This document shows, piece by piece, positions 33,612 through 42,776 of a stretch of DNA of 64,000 bases; within the stretch, counting starts at the first letter, position 1; each line of letters opens with the position of its first letter. The notes beneath the pieces were generated by a model, which saw nothing but the letters and a program-made list of their open reading frames with translations, was not told where the DNA came from and did no database searches. The position numbers and the translations under genes were made by a program. Source of the stretch: an uncultured Alphaproteobacteria bacterium (GTDB lineage Bacteria > Pseudomonadota > Alphaproteobacteria > Acetobacterales > Acetobacteraceae); contig CAVUED010000026.1 in assembly GCA_963740445.1 (NCBI GenBank), forward strand, positions 6,297 through 70,296, given 5' to 3'.

Positions 33612-34955
33612 ATGAACGATACCCCAACCCCGCACATCCCGCGCACTCTGCCGCGTTTCTCCGCGACGTTCGACCCGCATTCCATCGCGGAAATCCAGCG
33701 CGCCGCCGCCACCGGCATTTACGACATTCGTGGTGGCGGCACCAAGCGCAAGCTGCCGCATTTCGACGATCTGCTGTTCCTCGGCGCTTCTGTCTCGCGC
33801 TACCCGCTGGAAGGCTATCGCGAGCGCTGCGGCACGGAGGTCACGCTCGGCACACGGTTCGCCAGCAAGCCGATCCATTTGAAGATTCCCGTTACCATCG
33901 CGGGCATGTCCTTCGGCGCGCTTTCGGGCAACGCCAAGGAGGCCTTGGGCCGGGGGGCGACCGCCGCCGGCACCTCCACCACCACAGGCGATGGCGGCAT
34001 GACGCCGGAAGAGCGTGGCCATAGCCAGACGCTCGTCTACCAATATCTGCCCTCGCGCTACGGCATGAACCTCACGGATCTGCGCCGCGCCGACGCGATC
34101 GAGGTCGTCATCGGGCAGGGCGCCAAACCCGGCGGCGGCGGCATGTTGCTGGGCCAGAAAATCTCGCCCCGCGTTGCCGCCATGCGCAACTTGCCCGAGG
34201 GCATCGACCAGCGCTCCGCTTGCCGGCATCCGGATTGGACCGGCCCGGACGATCTGGAGATCAAAATCCTCGAACTGCGCGAGCTCACCAACTGGGAAAA
34301 ACCCATCTACGTGAAGGTCGGCGCCAGCCGCCCGTATTACGACACAGCGTTGGCGATTAAAGCCGGGGCCGATGTCGTGGTGCTGGACGGTATGCAAGGC
34401 GGCACCGCTGCGACGCAGGAAGTGTTCATCGAGCATGTCGGCCTACCCATTCTCTCCGCCATCCGCCCGGCTGTGCAGGCGCTGCAGGATCTTGGCCTGC
34501 ACCGTCAGGTCCAGCTCATCGTGTCGGGAGGCATCCGCACCGGCGCGGACGTTGCCAAGGCGCTCGCTTTGGGCGCGGATGCGGTCGCCATCGGCACCGC
34601 CGCACTCATCGCGCTCGGCGACAATGGGCCGGAATGGGAGGCGGAATACCAAAAACTCGGCACCACCGCCGGCGCTTATGACGACTGGCACGAGGGCAGG
34701 GACCCCGCCGGCATCACCACGCAGGACCCGGCACTGGCCGCGCGGCTGGACCCGGTGAAAGCCGGAAGACGCCTCGCCAATTACCTCTCGGTGCTGACGC
34801 TGGAGGCGCAGGCCATCGCGCGCGCTTGCGGCAAGAGCCATTTGCATAATCTGGAGCCGGAAGACCTCGTAGCACTCACGATCGAGGCTGCGGCGATGGC
34901 CCAGGTGCCGCTCGCGGGAACTAACTGGATACCAGGAAAATCAACGGGGTTTTAA
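33612..34955 (+). CDS. glxD: FMN-binding glutamate synthase-like subunit (GlxD/MgsC)
   Basis: AGMSFGALS, TGDGG, GQGAKPGGGG, SGGIRTGADVAKALALGAD. Confidence 0.9.
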   Translation: MNDTPTPHIPRTLPRFSATFDPHSIAEIQRAAATGIYDIRGGGTKRKLPHFDDLLFLGASVSRYPLEGYRERCGTEVTLGTRFASKPIHLKIPVTIAGMSFGALSGNAKEALGRGATAAGTSTTTGDGGMTPEERGHSQTLVYQYLPSRYGMNLTDLRRADAIEVVIGQGAKPGGGGMLLGQKISPRVAAMRNLPEGIDQRSACRHPDWTGPDDLEIKILELRELTNWEKPIYVKVGASRPYYDTALAIKAGADVVVLDGMQGGTAATQEVFIEHVGLPILSAIRPAVQALQDLGLHRQVQLIVSGGIRTGADVAKALALGADAVAIGTAALIALGDNGPEWEAEYQKLGTTAGAYDDWHEGRDPAGITTQDPALAARLDPVKAGRRLANYLSVLTLEAQAIARACGKSHLHNLEPEDLVALTIEAAAMAQVPLAGTNWIPGKSTGF

Positions 34956-34962
34956 AAAAACA

Positions 34963-36270
34963 ATGACAAACGATCTCGCCGCCGCCGCCCGCGAAAAAGG
35001 CATCAAATACTTCCTCATCTCCTATACCGACCTTTTCGGTAGCCAGCGGGCCAAGCTGGTGCCGGCCTCCGCCATCGCGGGCATGCAGAAAAACGGCGCG
35101 GGCTTCGCGGGATTCGCCACCTGGCTGGACCTCTCCCCAGCCGACCCGGACATGTTCGCCATCCCGGACCCGAGCACCCTCATCCAGCTCCCCTGGAAAC
35201 CGGAAGTCGGCTGGCTCGCATCCGATATCTGGATGGACGGCAAGCCCGTTGAACAAGGCCCGCGCAACGTGCTCCAGCGCGTTGTGGCGCAGGCAAAAAC
35301 CGCCGGGTTCGAGATGAAATCCGGTGTCGAATGTGAGTTTTTTCTTACCAATGCGGATGGCACCGCGATTGCGGACACGGCCGACACCGCGACAAAACCC
35401 TGCTACGACGCCAGCGCGCTGCTGCGCCGCTACGATGTCATCACCGAAATCTGCGATGCCATGCTGGCTCTGGGCTGGGAGGCGTATCAGAACGACCATG
35501 AGGACGCCAACGGCCAGTTCGAGATGAACTGGACCTACGACAACGCGCTGGTCACCGCCGACCGGCATGTGTTCTTCAAATTCATGGCCAAGTCGATTGC
35601 TGAAAAGCATGGTCTGCGCGCCACCTTCATGCCGAAACCCTTCCTCGGCCTCACCGGTTCCGGCTGTCACTCGCATGTGTCGTTGTGGAATGGCAGCAAA
35701 AACCTGTTCGAGGACGAGGGTGGTGAACTCGGCGTCTCTTCACTCGGCTATAATTTCATTGGCGGCATCATCGAACATGCCGACGCGCTCGCCGCACTTT
35801 TGAATCCTACGGTGAATTCCTACAAGCGCATCAACGCGCCGCGCACCACCTCCGGCGCCACCTGGGCACCGAACACCGTGACGTACTCGGGCAATAACCG
35901 CACACATATGATCCGTATTCCCGAGCCCGGACGGTTCGAGATGCGCCTGGCGGACGGCGCCACCAACCCCTATCTGCTCCAGGCCGGTATTTTGGCGGCC
36001 GGGATGGACGGCATCACCAAAAAAACGCCGCCCGGTCCGCGTCTCGACATCAACATGTATACCGACGGCCATAAGGTCAAAGACGCAAAACGCCTGCCGC
36101 TCAACCTGCTCGACGCCCTGCGCGCCTTCGAAGGCTCCGCCACACTCAAAGCCGCGTTTGGCAAATCCTTCGTGTGCTCCTACGCGAAACTAAAACATGC
36201 CGAGTGGAACGAATACGCCGCCCATCTTTCGCAATGGGAGAGGCAGGCTACGTTGGACTGCTCAGTCTAA
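34963..36270 (+). CDS. gmaS: GlnT-type glutamine synthetase homologue, gamma-glutamylmethylamide synthetase
   Basis: AKLVPA..I..M...GAGFAGFA, DHEDANGQFEMNW, SGATWAP, GNNRTHM; follows mgsABC. Confidence 0.88.
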   Translation: MTNDLAAAAREKGIKYFLISYTDLFGSQRAKLVPASAIAGMQKNGAGFAGFATWLDLSPADPDMFAIPDPSTLIQLPWKPEVGWLASDIWMDGKPVEQGPRNVLQRVVAQAKTAGFEMKSGVECEFFLTNADGTAIADTADTATKPCYDASALLRRYDVITEICDAMLALGWEAYQNDHEDANGQFEMNWTYDNALVTADRHVFFKFMAKSIAEKHGLRATFMPKPFLGLTGSGCHSHVSLWNGSKNLFEDEGGELGVSSLGYNFIGGIIEHADALAALLNPTVNSYKRINAPRTTSGATWAPNTVTYSGNNRTHMIRIPEPGRFEMRLADGATNPYLLQAGILAAGMDGITKKTPPGPRLDINMYTDGHKVKDAKRLPLNLLDALRAFEGSATLKAAFGKSFVCSYAKLKHAEWNEYAAHLSQWERQATLDCSV

Positions 36271-36278
36271 AGGCGAGG

Positions 36279-36299
36279 CGAGGGGGCTCTGCCCCCTCG
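36279..36299. repeat. REP-like palindrome or terminator between convergent genes
   Basis: CGAGGGGGC-TCT-GCCCCCTCG. Confidence 0.6.
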
Positions 36300-36311
36300 A
36301 AACCCATTCGT

Positions 36312-37289
36312 CTATGTCAATAATTCGCGCATCGCCAGTTCCACCTGCGCGCTGTCCGAAACAAACCGCCCAGGCTCGCCGGCGCAGTGCCCATTTGGCG
36401 ATTTGAGCACACGCATCTCGACGCCCGGAATTGCCAACACCTCCATCTCTGTCTCTTCCAGGGTGAAATACATATCCGTATCGCAAGGCATAACGATCGT
36501 CCGGGCTTTGATCCCGGCTAATTCCGAAAATCCCAGCGAAGCATTTTGCCAGGTCCACAGCATCGCCAGTAAATCCCGTTCGTCAAAGGTTTCATGGTCA
36601 TCTTCCCAGAACCGCAAAAACGCTTCCAGAGTCTCAAACCCTATGCCCTTGTACAACTCATCCCGGTAAAACGCCGCTGAATACGCCCAGCCCGCATAGG
36701 CCCGCCCGAACGCGCGCCTGCCCGCCGGCATCGTCGCCTTCACCCCCTCCAGAAACACGTAATTCAATGGCCAGCAGCGCGCCGTTCCACACACCGCGAG
36801 CAGGCCGCGCACCATGTCAGGATACATCGCCGCCCAGGCAAAACCCTGCATCGCTCCCATCGACCAGCCATAGACCAGCGCAATTCGTTTCACGCCTAAA
36901 AACGCCAGAAGCTCATGCTGCAAGCGCACGTTATCTGCCACAGTCGCGTTGCAAAAATCCGCATCATTGCTGGGTGAAGACGAAACGCCATTCCCCAGCA
37001 TATTGGGGATCACAATAAACCATCGCGCCGGATCGAGCGCGCGTCCGGCCCCAATCAAAGGCAGATAAGACTTATCGGTTCCCGCATAATAAGTCGGGAG
37101 TAAAATACAATTATCGCCCGCCGCGTTCAGCGTGCCATAAACCTCATAAGCAATTTTCCCAAACCGGGGCATCAGAAAACCTTCAAAGGCCGTGCCTTCT
37201 CCAAATCTTGCGCCATCGGATCGGCGGCGCTCAGGCCGGCTGGGGTCGTGCTCGTTTTCAAGGCTGCCATGTTCATCTCCACTGTCCAT
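36312..37289 (-). CDS. MetX (homoserine acetyltransferase)-like alpha/beta hydrolase; start uncertain
   Basis: YGTLNAAGDN, GNGVSSSPSN, nucleophile GWSMGA, DMYF, GHCAG. Confidence 0.82.
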   Translation of the reverse strand: MDSGDEHGSLENEHDPSRPERRRSDGARFGEGTAFEGFLMPRFGKIAYEVYGTLNAAGDNCILLPTYYAGTDKSYLPLIGAGRALDPARWFIVIPNMLGNGVSSSPSNDADFCNATVADNVRLQHELLAFLGVKRIALVYGWSMGAMQGFAWAAMYPDMVRGLLAVCGTARCWPLNYVFLEGVKATMPAGRRAFGRAYAGWAYSAAFYRDELYKGIGFETLEAFLRFWEDDHETFDERDLLAMLWTWQNASLGFSELAGIKARTIVMPCDTDMYFTLEETEMEVLAIPGVEMRVLKSPNGHCAGEPGRFVSDSAQVELAMRELLT

Positions 37290-37335
37290 TCCGCTTAGCA
37301 AGCCTTGCGCCAAGGCTGGAAATCGCCGTGCATCC

Positions 37336-37413
37336 GTTTATCTCTGAGCACAAAAGTTTATTTAAAAGGCAAATATTGTTCACAGGAAGCACAAAGTTTA
37401 ATCTACCGGAACG
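37336..37413 (+). promoter_or_regulatory. Operator array upstream of APC permease 1
   Basis: Co-linear with 39241-39319: 19/20 identical core, with GTTCAC and TTAATCT blocks at identical offsets. Confidence 0.65.
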
Positions 37414-37516
37414 AATTTGAGCCGTTTTTGTGCGGCTTTCAGCGTAAATGCTGTGGCACGATACTTGCTCTCCAGGAATTTGTATTTCTCTCGTGTAAAC
37501 AAACCGGAGGCTTTTC

Positions 37517-38905
37517 ATGTCTGAGCTTCGCAAGGATAGTTTGTCGTTCATAGAGGCGTTGGGTCAATCCGTTGCCAATGTCTCGCCCACGCTTACACCC
37601 GCCCTCGCGGTTGCGGTGGTTGCCGGTATCGCCGGCACCGCGTCCTGGCTGGTTTATGTTATAGCCACGGTGGCATTGCTTATCGTGGCGCTGAACATCG
37701 CCAAACTCGCCGGGCGCATTCCCGCGGCCGGGTCGTTTTTTATCTATGTCTCGCGCAGTCTCGGGCCATCTTACGGCATGCTTGCCGGCTGGGCGATGCT
37801 CGCGGCTTATCTTTTCACCGCGATGGCGCTGACGATCGCCACGTCGATCTTCGTGAAAACATTCTTCTCGTCTCTCGGCTTTACGTTGGCCATTCCGAAC
37901 ATGGCGATGTATCTTGTCCTCTCCGTGCTGGTCTGGATGTTCGCGAGCCGCGACATACGCATTTCCTCGCGGATAGGGCTGACACTGGAAGCGATTTCAG
38001 TCACCATCATTCTCGCGGTGATCGTGATCACGCTCTCGCATTACGGCTTTAAACCCGATACGCAGCAGTTCACCCTGAAAGGTGCCAGTTTCGGTGGCGT
38101 CGCACAGGCAATTGTCTTTGCGATCTTCTCCTATGTTGGTTTCGAGAGCGCGGCATCGCTGGGCAAGGAAACCCGCAACCCGAAGGTAACGATCCCAAAA
38201 GCCATCGTGTGGACCGCCATTTCCTCGGGCATATTCTTTGTCGTCACCACCTATGTCATCACCCAAGGCTTTGGCGATGACGCGACGAAACTGGGCGGTA
38301 GCGCCGCACCTTTGGGCGACATCACCAACGCCATCGGCAAATACATGACAGCGCCGGTCTATTTCGGCGCCGCGATCAGCTCCTTTGCCTGTGCGCTGGC
38401 ATCCTTGAATGCGTTTGGCCGCATGTTGTTTTCCCTCGGGCGCTACCAGTTTGTTCATAGCTCGATGGGCATTGTGCATCAGACCCGCAAAACACCGTAT
38501 TTTGCTTTGACGGTCGGCGCGGTTCTGAATTTTGTGATTTGCGCTGTTTTTTCCGGCAACTCGGAAACCAACACATTCGGCTGGTATGGCACGCTTGCCT
38601 CCTACGGCTTTATTATCGTCTACTTCCTGTGTTCCGTCAGCGCGCCGGTACTGTTGAAGCGCAATGGTGAAATGAAAACGGGTGACGTCGTGGTCGGCGG
38701 TCTGGGCGCCGTACTCATGGTGTTGTCGCTTGTGGGCAGCGTCTATCCCGTACCATCGGCACCGTATAACTATTTCCCTTACGCTTTCGCAGCCTATATG
38801 CTGATCGGCTTCGCCTGGTATTCATTCCTGAAAAACCGGACGCCGCAGATACTCGCCGGTATTCAACATGATCTGGAATCGGCTGTATTGCCGGCCGCGA
38901 AGTAA
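37517..38905 (+). CDS. APC-family amino acid/amine permease
   Basis: Multiple transmembrane segments, AGSFFIY, FSYVGFESAASLGKE. Confidence 0.9.
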   Translation: MSELRKDSLSFIEALGQSVANVSPTLTPALAVAVVAGIAGTASWLVYVIATVALLIVALNIAKLAGRIPAAGSFFIYVSRSLGPSYGMLAGWAMLAAYLFTAMALTIATSIFVKTFFSSLGFTLAIPNMAMYLVLSVLVWMFASRDIRISSRIGLTLEAISVTIILAVIVITLSHYGFKPDTQQFTLKGASFGGVAQAIVFAIFSYVGFESAASLGKETRNPKVTIPKAIVWTAISSGIFFVVTTYVITQGFGDDATKLGGSAAPLGDITNAIGKYMTAPVYFGAAISSFACALASLNAFGRMLFSLGRYQFVHSSMGIVHQTRKTPYFALTVGAVLNFVICAVFSGNSETNTFGWYGTLASYGFIIVYFLCSVSAPVLLKRNGEMKTGDVVVGGLGAVLMVLSLVGSVYPVPSAPYNYFPYAFAAYMLIGFAWYSFLKNRTPQILAGIQHDLESAVLPAAK

Positions 38906-38930
38906 TTCCCGGCTTCGTTTTTTCTCCACC

Positions 38931-39113
38931 GATATCCAGCCTGGGGGAGCCGTTCACGGCGGTCACCTTCAAGGCTGGTTATCTGCCAAACGCCGCCATC
39001 GCTGGCGGCGCGTTGGCGGTCTCCGGGGGCGCCTCTTTTTGCGAAGTGCCAACCCTTCTCTACCCTGGTGTGTGCGTGACAAAGCCGGAGCATTTGCTCC
39101 GGCTTTGTTTTTT
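38931..39113 (+). ncRNA. Candidate structured RNA with intrinsic terminator
   Basis: Long hairpins at 38931-38983 and 38984-39018, CU-rich linker, terminator ACAAAGCCGGAGCA/TGCTCCGGCTTTGT followed by a T run. Confidence 0.45.
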
Positions 39114-39240
39114 GCCGGGTAAGTAGCGCTGGTACCTGGCGCCGCGCCATCTTTCCCGGCGGCGTCTTATTTTTTGCTTACCAAACGGCCCGCGAATCCT
39201 CAAAGAATTACTTGCAATAATGCTTAGGCTTGTGCCAAAA

Positions 39241-39319
39241 CATTAATCTCCAAGAATAAAAGTTTATTTAAAGGGCAGAAACCGTTCACTATAAGTATAA
39301 AAATTAATCTGTAGGAACG
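39241..39319 (+). promoter_or_regulatory. Operator array upstream of APC permease 2
   Basis: Matches 37336-37413. Confidence 0.65.
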
Positions 39320-39423
39320 TAATCTGGCCAGCGATGGCTGGAAATGGCTGTTGAATCGGGTGGCATGATAATTGCAATTTTAGCTTAGTGTTAACGATCT
39401 TCTAGAAAAGGTGAGGGAGCTTC

Positions 39424-41145
39424 ATGAGCGACATAGCGGCAACAACAAACCCGGGGGCGGCCAAGTCAGGCACTTTGCACCGCTCGATCGACTGGAAAGG
39501 GGCGTTCTGGGTTGCCAGCGGCGTCCCCGCTCTGGTGCTGTTTTCAATTGGCGGTATCTCGGGGATGGTAGGAAACCTGGCTTTCCTCATCTGGACGGCC
39601 TCCATGATCATGGGTTTTATTCAATCCTTCACCTATGCGGAGATCGCGGGGTTGTTCCCAAACAAATCCGGCGGCGCGTCGATTTACGGTGCCGCCGCCT
39701 GGGTGCGCTACAGCAAGTTCATTGCCCCGCTCTCGGTCTGGTGTAACTGGTTTGCATGGTCTCCCGTGCTCTCGCTGGGCTGCTCCATCGCCGCCGCTTA
39801 TGTGCTGAACTCCCTGGCGCCGATACCCGGCGCTAACTCGCCACAGGTCGCGCAATGGATCGCAGCGCATGGCGCTGGCATTGCCGGCGGTCAGCAGGCG
39901 CAGGTTGCCGCCGCCATCGCCGCACTCACCCCTGGTATCAGAACCTGGACCCTGTTTACCCATACGCTGGGGCCGGTTGGTTTCTCGCTGAATGCCACCT
40001 TCTTCATTGGCGCCATTATCATGCTGGTCGTTTTCGCGATCCAGCATCGCGGCATTCTGGGCACCGCCAACGTACAGAAATATATCGGCCTTCTCGTCAT
40101 CATTCCAATGCTTATCGTCGGCGTCGTGCCGCTGTTCAACGGCGCGGTGAATTTCGGCAATTTCTCGCCGCTCACGCCGCTGGCTGTGGCCTACGCACCG
40201 GCCCTTGGCCATTGGGACGTTTCGGGTTGGACGCTGGTGCTGGGCGCCATGTTCATCGCCGCCTGGTCGACCTACGGTTTTGAAACCGCGGTCTGTTACA
40301 CGAGTGAATTCCGTAACCCTGCGACAGATACGTTCAAGGCGATCTTCTATTCCGGCCTGCTTTGTCTCGCCTTGTTCATTCTGGTCCCCTTCACCTTCCA
40401 GGGCGCACTTGGCCTTACCGGCATGTTGGATCCCTCGATCGCCGATGGTTCGGGCGTTGCCGCTGCCATGGCGCATATGGTTGGCGGTGGCGGGTTCCTC
40501 AATTCCATCATGGTCATGCTGATGATCCTGGCGCTGATCCTTTCGATCATGACGGCCATGGCCGGGTCCTCGCGGACTCTTTACCAGGGCTCTGTTGATG
40601 GTTGGCTGCCGCGCTATCTCAGCCTTGTAAATTCCCATGGAGCGCCAACGCGGGCCATGTGGACGGATCTTTGCGCTAACCTGCTCGTTCTGGCAGTCGC
40701 CTCGACCGACGCGACAAGCTTCTTCTTCATTCTTGCCGTGTCCAATTGCGGCTACATTATTTTCAATTTCCTTAATCTTAATGCTGGCTGGATTCACCGG
40801 ATAGATTCCGGCGCTACCAAGCGCCCCTACCGTGCCCCCACTTGGCTGCTGACATTGGGGAGCATCTTCGCCTTCGTGAACGCCATGTTCATGGGTGCCG
40901 GCGCGAAAACCTGGAATCCCGATGCTCTGTGGGCCGGGATCATATTCGCCGCCTGCATCATTCCGGTATTCTGGTTTCGGCATTACATTCAGGATGGCGG
41001 AAAATTTCCTGCTAACATGCTGGACGATCTCCATGTCGGCGGTTCGGGCGATGTTACCACCAAGCGGGCCGGTATTTTGCCATACCTTACGCTGGTCGCG
41101 GGCGTTGTCGTGGTGTTTGTTTCGAACTGGTTCTTTACGCTGTAA
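39424..41145 (+). CDS. APC-family permease, probable methylated-amine transporter
   Basis: FWVASGVPALVLFSIG, YAEIAGLFPNKSGG, WSTYGFETAVCY; cluster context. Confidence 0.85.
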   Translation: MSDIAATTNPGAAKSGTLHRSIDWKGAFWVASGVPALVLFSIGGISGMVGNLAFLIWTASMIMGFIQSFTYAEIAGLFPNKSGGASIYGAAAWVRYSKFIAPLSVWCNWFAWSPVLSLGCSIAAAYVLNSLAPIPGANSPQVAQWIAAHGAGIAGGQQAQVAAAIAALTPGIRTWTLFTHTLGPVGFSLNATFFIGAIIMLVVFAIQHRGILGTANVQKYIGLLVIIPMLIVGVVPLFNGAVNFGNFSPLTPLAVAYAPALGHWDVSGWTLVLGAMFIAAWSTYGFETAVCYTSEFRNPATDTFKAIFYSGLLCLALFILVPFTFQGALGLTGMLDPSIADGSGVAAAMAHMVGGGGFLNSIMVMLMILALILSIMTAMAGSSRTLYQGSVDGWLPRYLSLVNSHGAPTRAMWTDLCANLLVLAVASTDATSFFFILAVSNCGYIIFNFLNLNAGWIHRIDSGATKRPYRAPTWLLTLGSIFAFVNAMFMGAGAKTWNPDALWAGIIFAACIIPVFWFRHYIQDGGKFPANMLDDLHVGGSGDVTTKRAGILPYLTLVAGVVVVFVSNWFFTL

Positions 41146-41214
41146 TGCCAATGGCCTGAGATGATGATCCATCATCGAAGGCACTTGGTAACGCACACGA
41201 GGCATGGTTAAAAC

Positions 41215-41246
41215 AAAAGGGCCAGGCGGAAATGCCTGGCTCTTTT
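41215..41246. terminator. Intrinsic terminator after APC permease 2
   Basis: AAAAGGGCCAGGC-GGAAAT-GCCTGGCTCTTTT. Confidence 0.7.
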
Positions 41247-41261
41247 CCATTGAAGGTCATT

Positions 41262-41597
41262 ATGTCAAATCTTTCGATCCTCGTTGTTCTTGCCATCGCC
41301 GCCGTGCTTGAAGCCGGGGGCGATGCTCTTGCCCGCTCCGGCCTGCACGCCCACGCCATGCCCATCCGCCTCGGCTTTTTCGCCGCTGGTGCCATCGTCC
41401 TTTTCGCCTACGGCATCACCGTCAACCTCCCGAACTGGGATTTTGGCCGGCTGTTAGGCGTTTATGTCACCTTGTTCTTTGTCGTGGCGCAGATCATTAA
41501 TCTGCTCGTCTTCGGCGTTAAACCTGGTCTGCCGATTTATTGCGGTGGTGCACTCATTGTCTCCGGCGGGCTGTTGATGACGTTCTGGAAGGCGTAA
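41262..41597 (+). CDS. Small 4-TM membrane protein (YnfA/SMR-like)
   Basis: AAVLEAGGDAL, DFGRLLGVYV, GGALIVSGG. Confidence 0.75.
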   Translation: MSNLSILVVLAIAAVLEAGGDALARSGLHAHAMPIRLGFFAAGAIVLFAYGITVNLPNWDFGRLLGVYVTLFFVVAQIINLLVFGVKPGLPIYCGGALIVSGGLLMTFWKA

Positions 41598-42776
41598 TTA
41601 AGCCCCGCGCAGTGCCGCAAAACCCTGTTCCAAATCCGCAATCAAATCGTCCACGTTCTCCAGCCCGATATGAAACCGCGCCATTTCGCCTTCGAACACG
41701 CCGGTCCCGGCCGAGCGCCGTATCGTCCCCGTCGTCGGCAGCACCAGGCTCTCATAGCCGCCCCAGCTCGCCCCAATCCCGAACAGCTTTAACGCATCGA
41801 TCATCGCGACCACGGCCTGGGCCGAAAATTCCGGTTGGAACACCACCCCGAACAACCCGCACGCGCCGGTGAAATCGCGGAGGAAAAACTCATGGCCCGG
41901 ACAGCCGGGCAGTGCCGGGTGCAGAACCCTCGCCACTTCCGGCCGCGCCGTCATCCAGTTGGCGACGCGCAATCCCGCCGCCTCATGCGCTTTCAGCCGC
42001 ACATGCAGTGTCCGCAAACCCCGTAGCGCCAGCCAGCAATCATCCGGCGAGGCATATTGGCCCAATTCCAGCACCCCATGGCGCAGCCAGACCCAATCCT
42101 CATCCGAATTCACCGTAACGGCGCCCAGAATAATATCCGAATGCCCGCCGGCATACTTTGTCAGCGCCTGGATCGACACATCCACCCCATGCGCGAAAGG
42201 CTGGAAATGATGCAGCCCCCAGGTGTTGTCCATGAACACTTTGGCCCCGGCCTCATGCGCGACGCGCGCGATCATGGGCAAATCCTGCACTTCGAACGTA
42301 TGGCTGCCCGGACTCTCAGTGAACAGGACGCGCGTTTCCGGACGCAGCATGGCGCGCAAGCCAGCCTCGTCGATCATCGGGTCGTAATAATCTGTCGCCA
42401 CGCCGAAGCCGCGCAGCCGTCCGTCGCAAAAACTCCGCGTCGGGCCATAGACGGAATCGGGCATCAGCACGTGGTCGCCGGCTTTCAGGTAAGCCAGCAG
42501 CGGCGTGGTCACGGCGGCGAGACCCGAGCTGACCACCTGGGCATGCGTCCCGCCCTCAATCTCGGCAATTGCACGCTCCAGCGCGAAATGCGTCTCGTTG
42601 CCGCAAGTGCCGTAAATATCCACAGGCTCCAGCACGCGCTTACCGATGCTGCGTTTGGTCGCCATGTCCGGGTAGAGCACGGTCGAGCCGCGCACCAGTT
42701 TCGGGTTGACGAACCCGTATTCCTTGACGTCCTTGCGCCCGGTATGCACCAGCGCCGTCTCGATTTTTTTGACCAT
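41598..42776 (-). CDS. metC: Cystathionine beta-lyase
   Basis: ESPGSHTFEVQD, MDNTW, QALTKYAGGHSD, GASWGGYESL. Confidence 0.92.
   Translation of the reverse strand: MVKKIETALVHTGRKDVKEYGFVNPKLVRGSTVLYPDMATKRSIGKRVLEPVDIYGTCGNETHFALERAIAEIEGGTHAQVVSSGLAAVTTPLLAYLKAGDHVLMPDSVYGPTRSFCDGRLRGFGVATDYYDPMIDEAGLRAMLRPETRVLFTESPGSHTFEVQDLPMIARVAHEAGAKVFMDNTWGLHHFQPFAHGVDVSIQALTKYAGGHSDIILGAVTVNSDEDWVWLRHGVLELGQYASPDDCWLALRGLRTLHVRLKAHEAAGLRVANWMTARPEVARVLHPALPGCPGHEFFLRDFTGACGLFGVVFQPEFSAQAVVAMIDALKLFGIGASWGGYESLVLPTTGTIRRSAGTGVFEGEMARFHIGLENVDDLIADLEQGFAALRGA

Noticed and set aside
41150-41260. Guanidine or fluoride riboswitch before the SMR-like gene
   Set aside because: No ACGR twin hairpins or other consensus; only a small hairpin and a terminator
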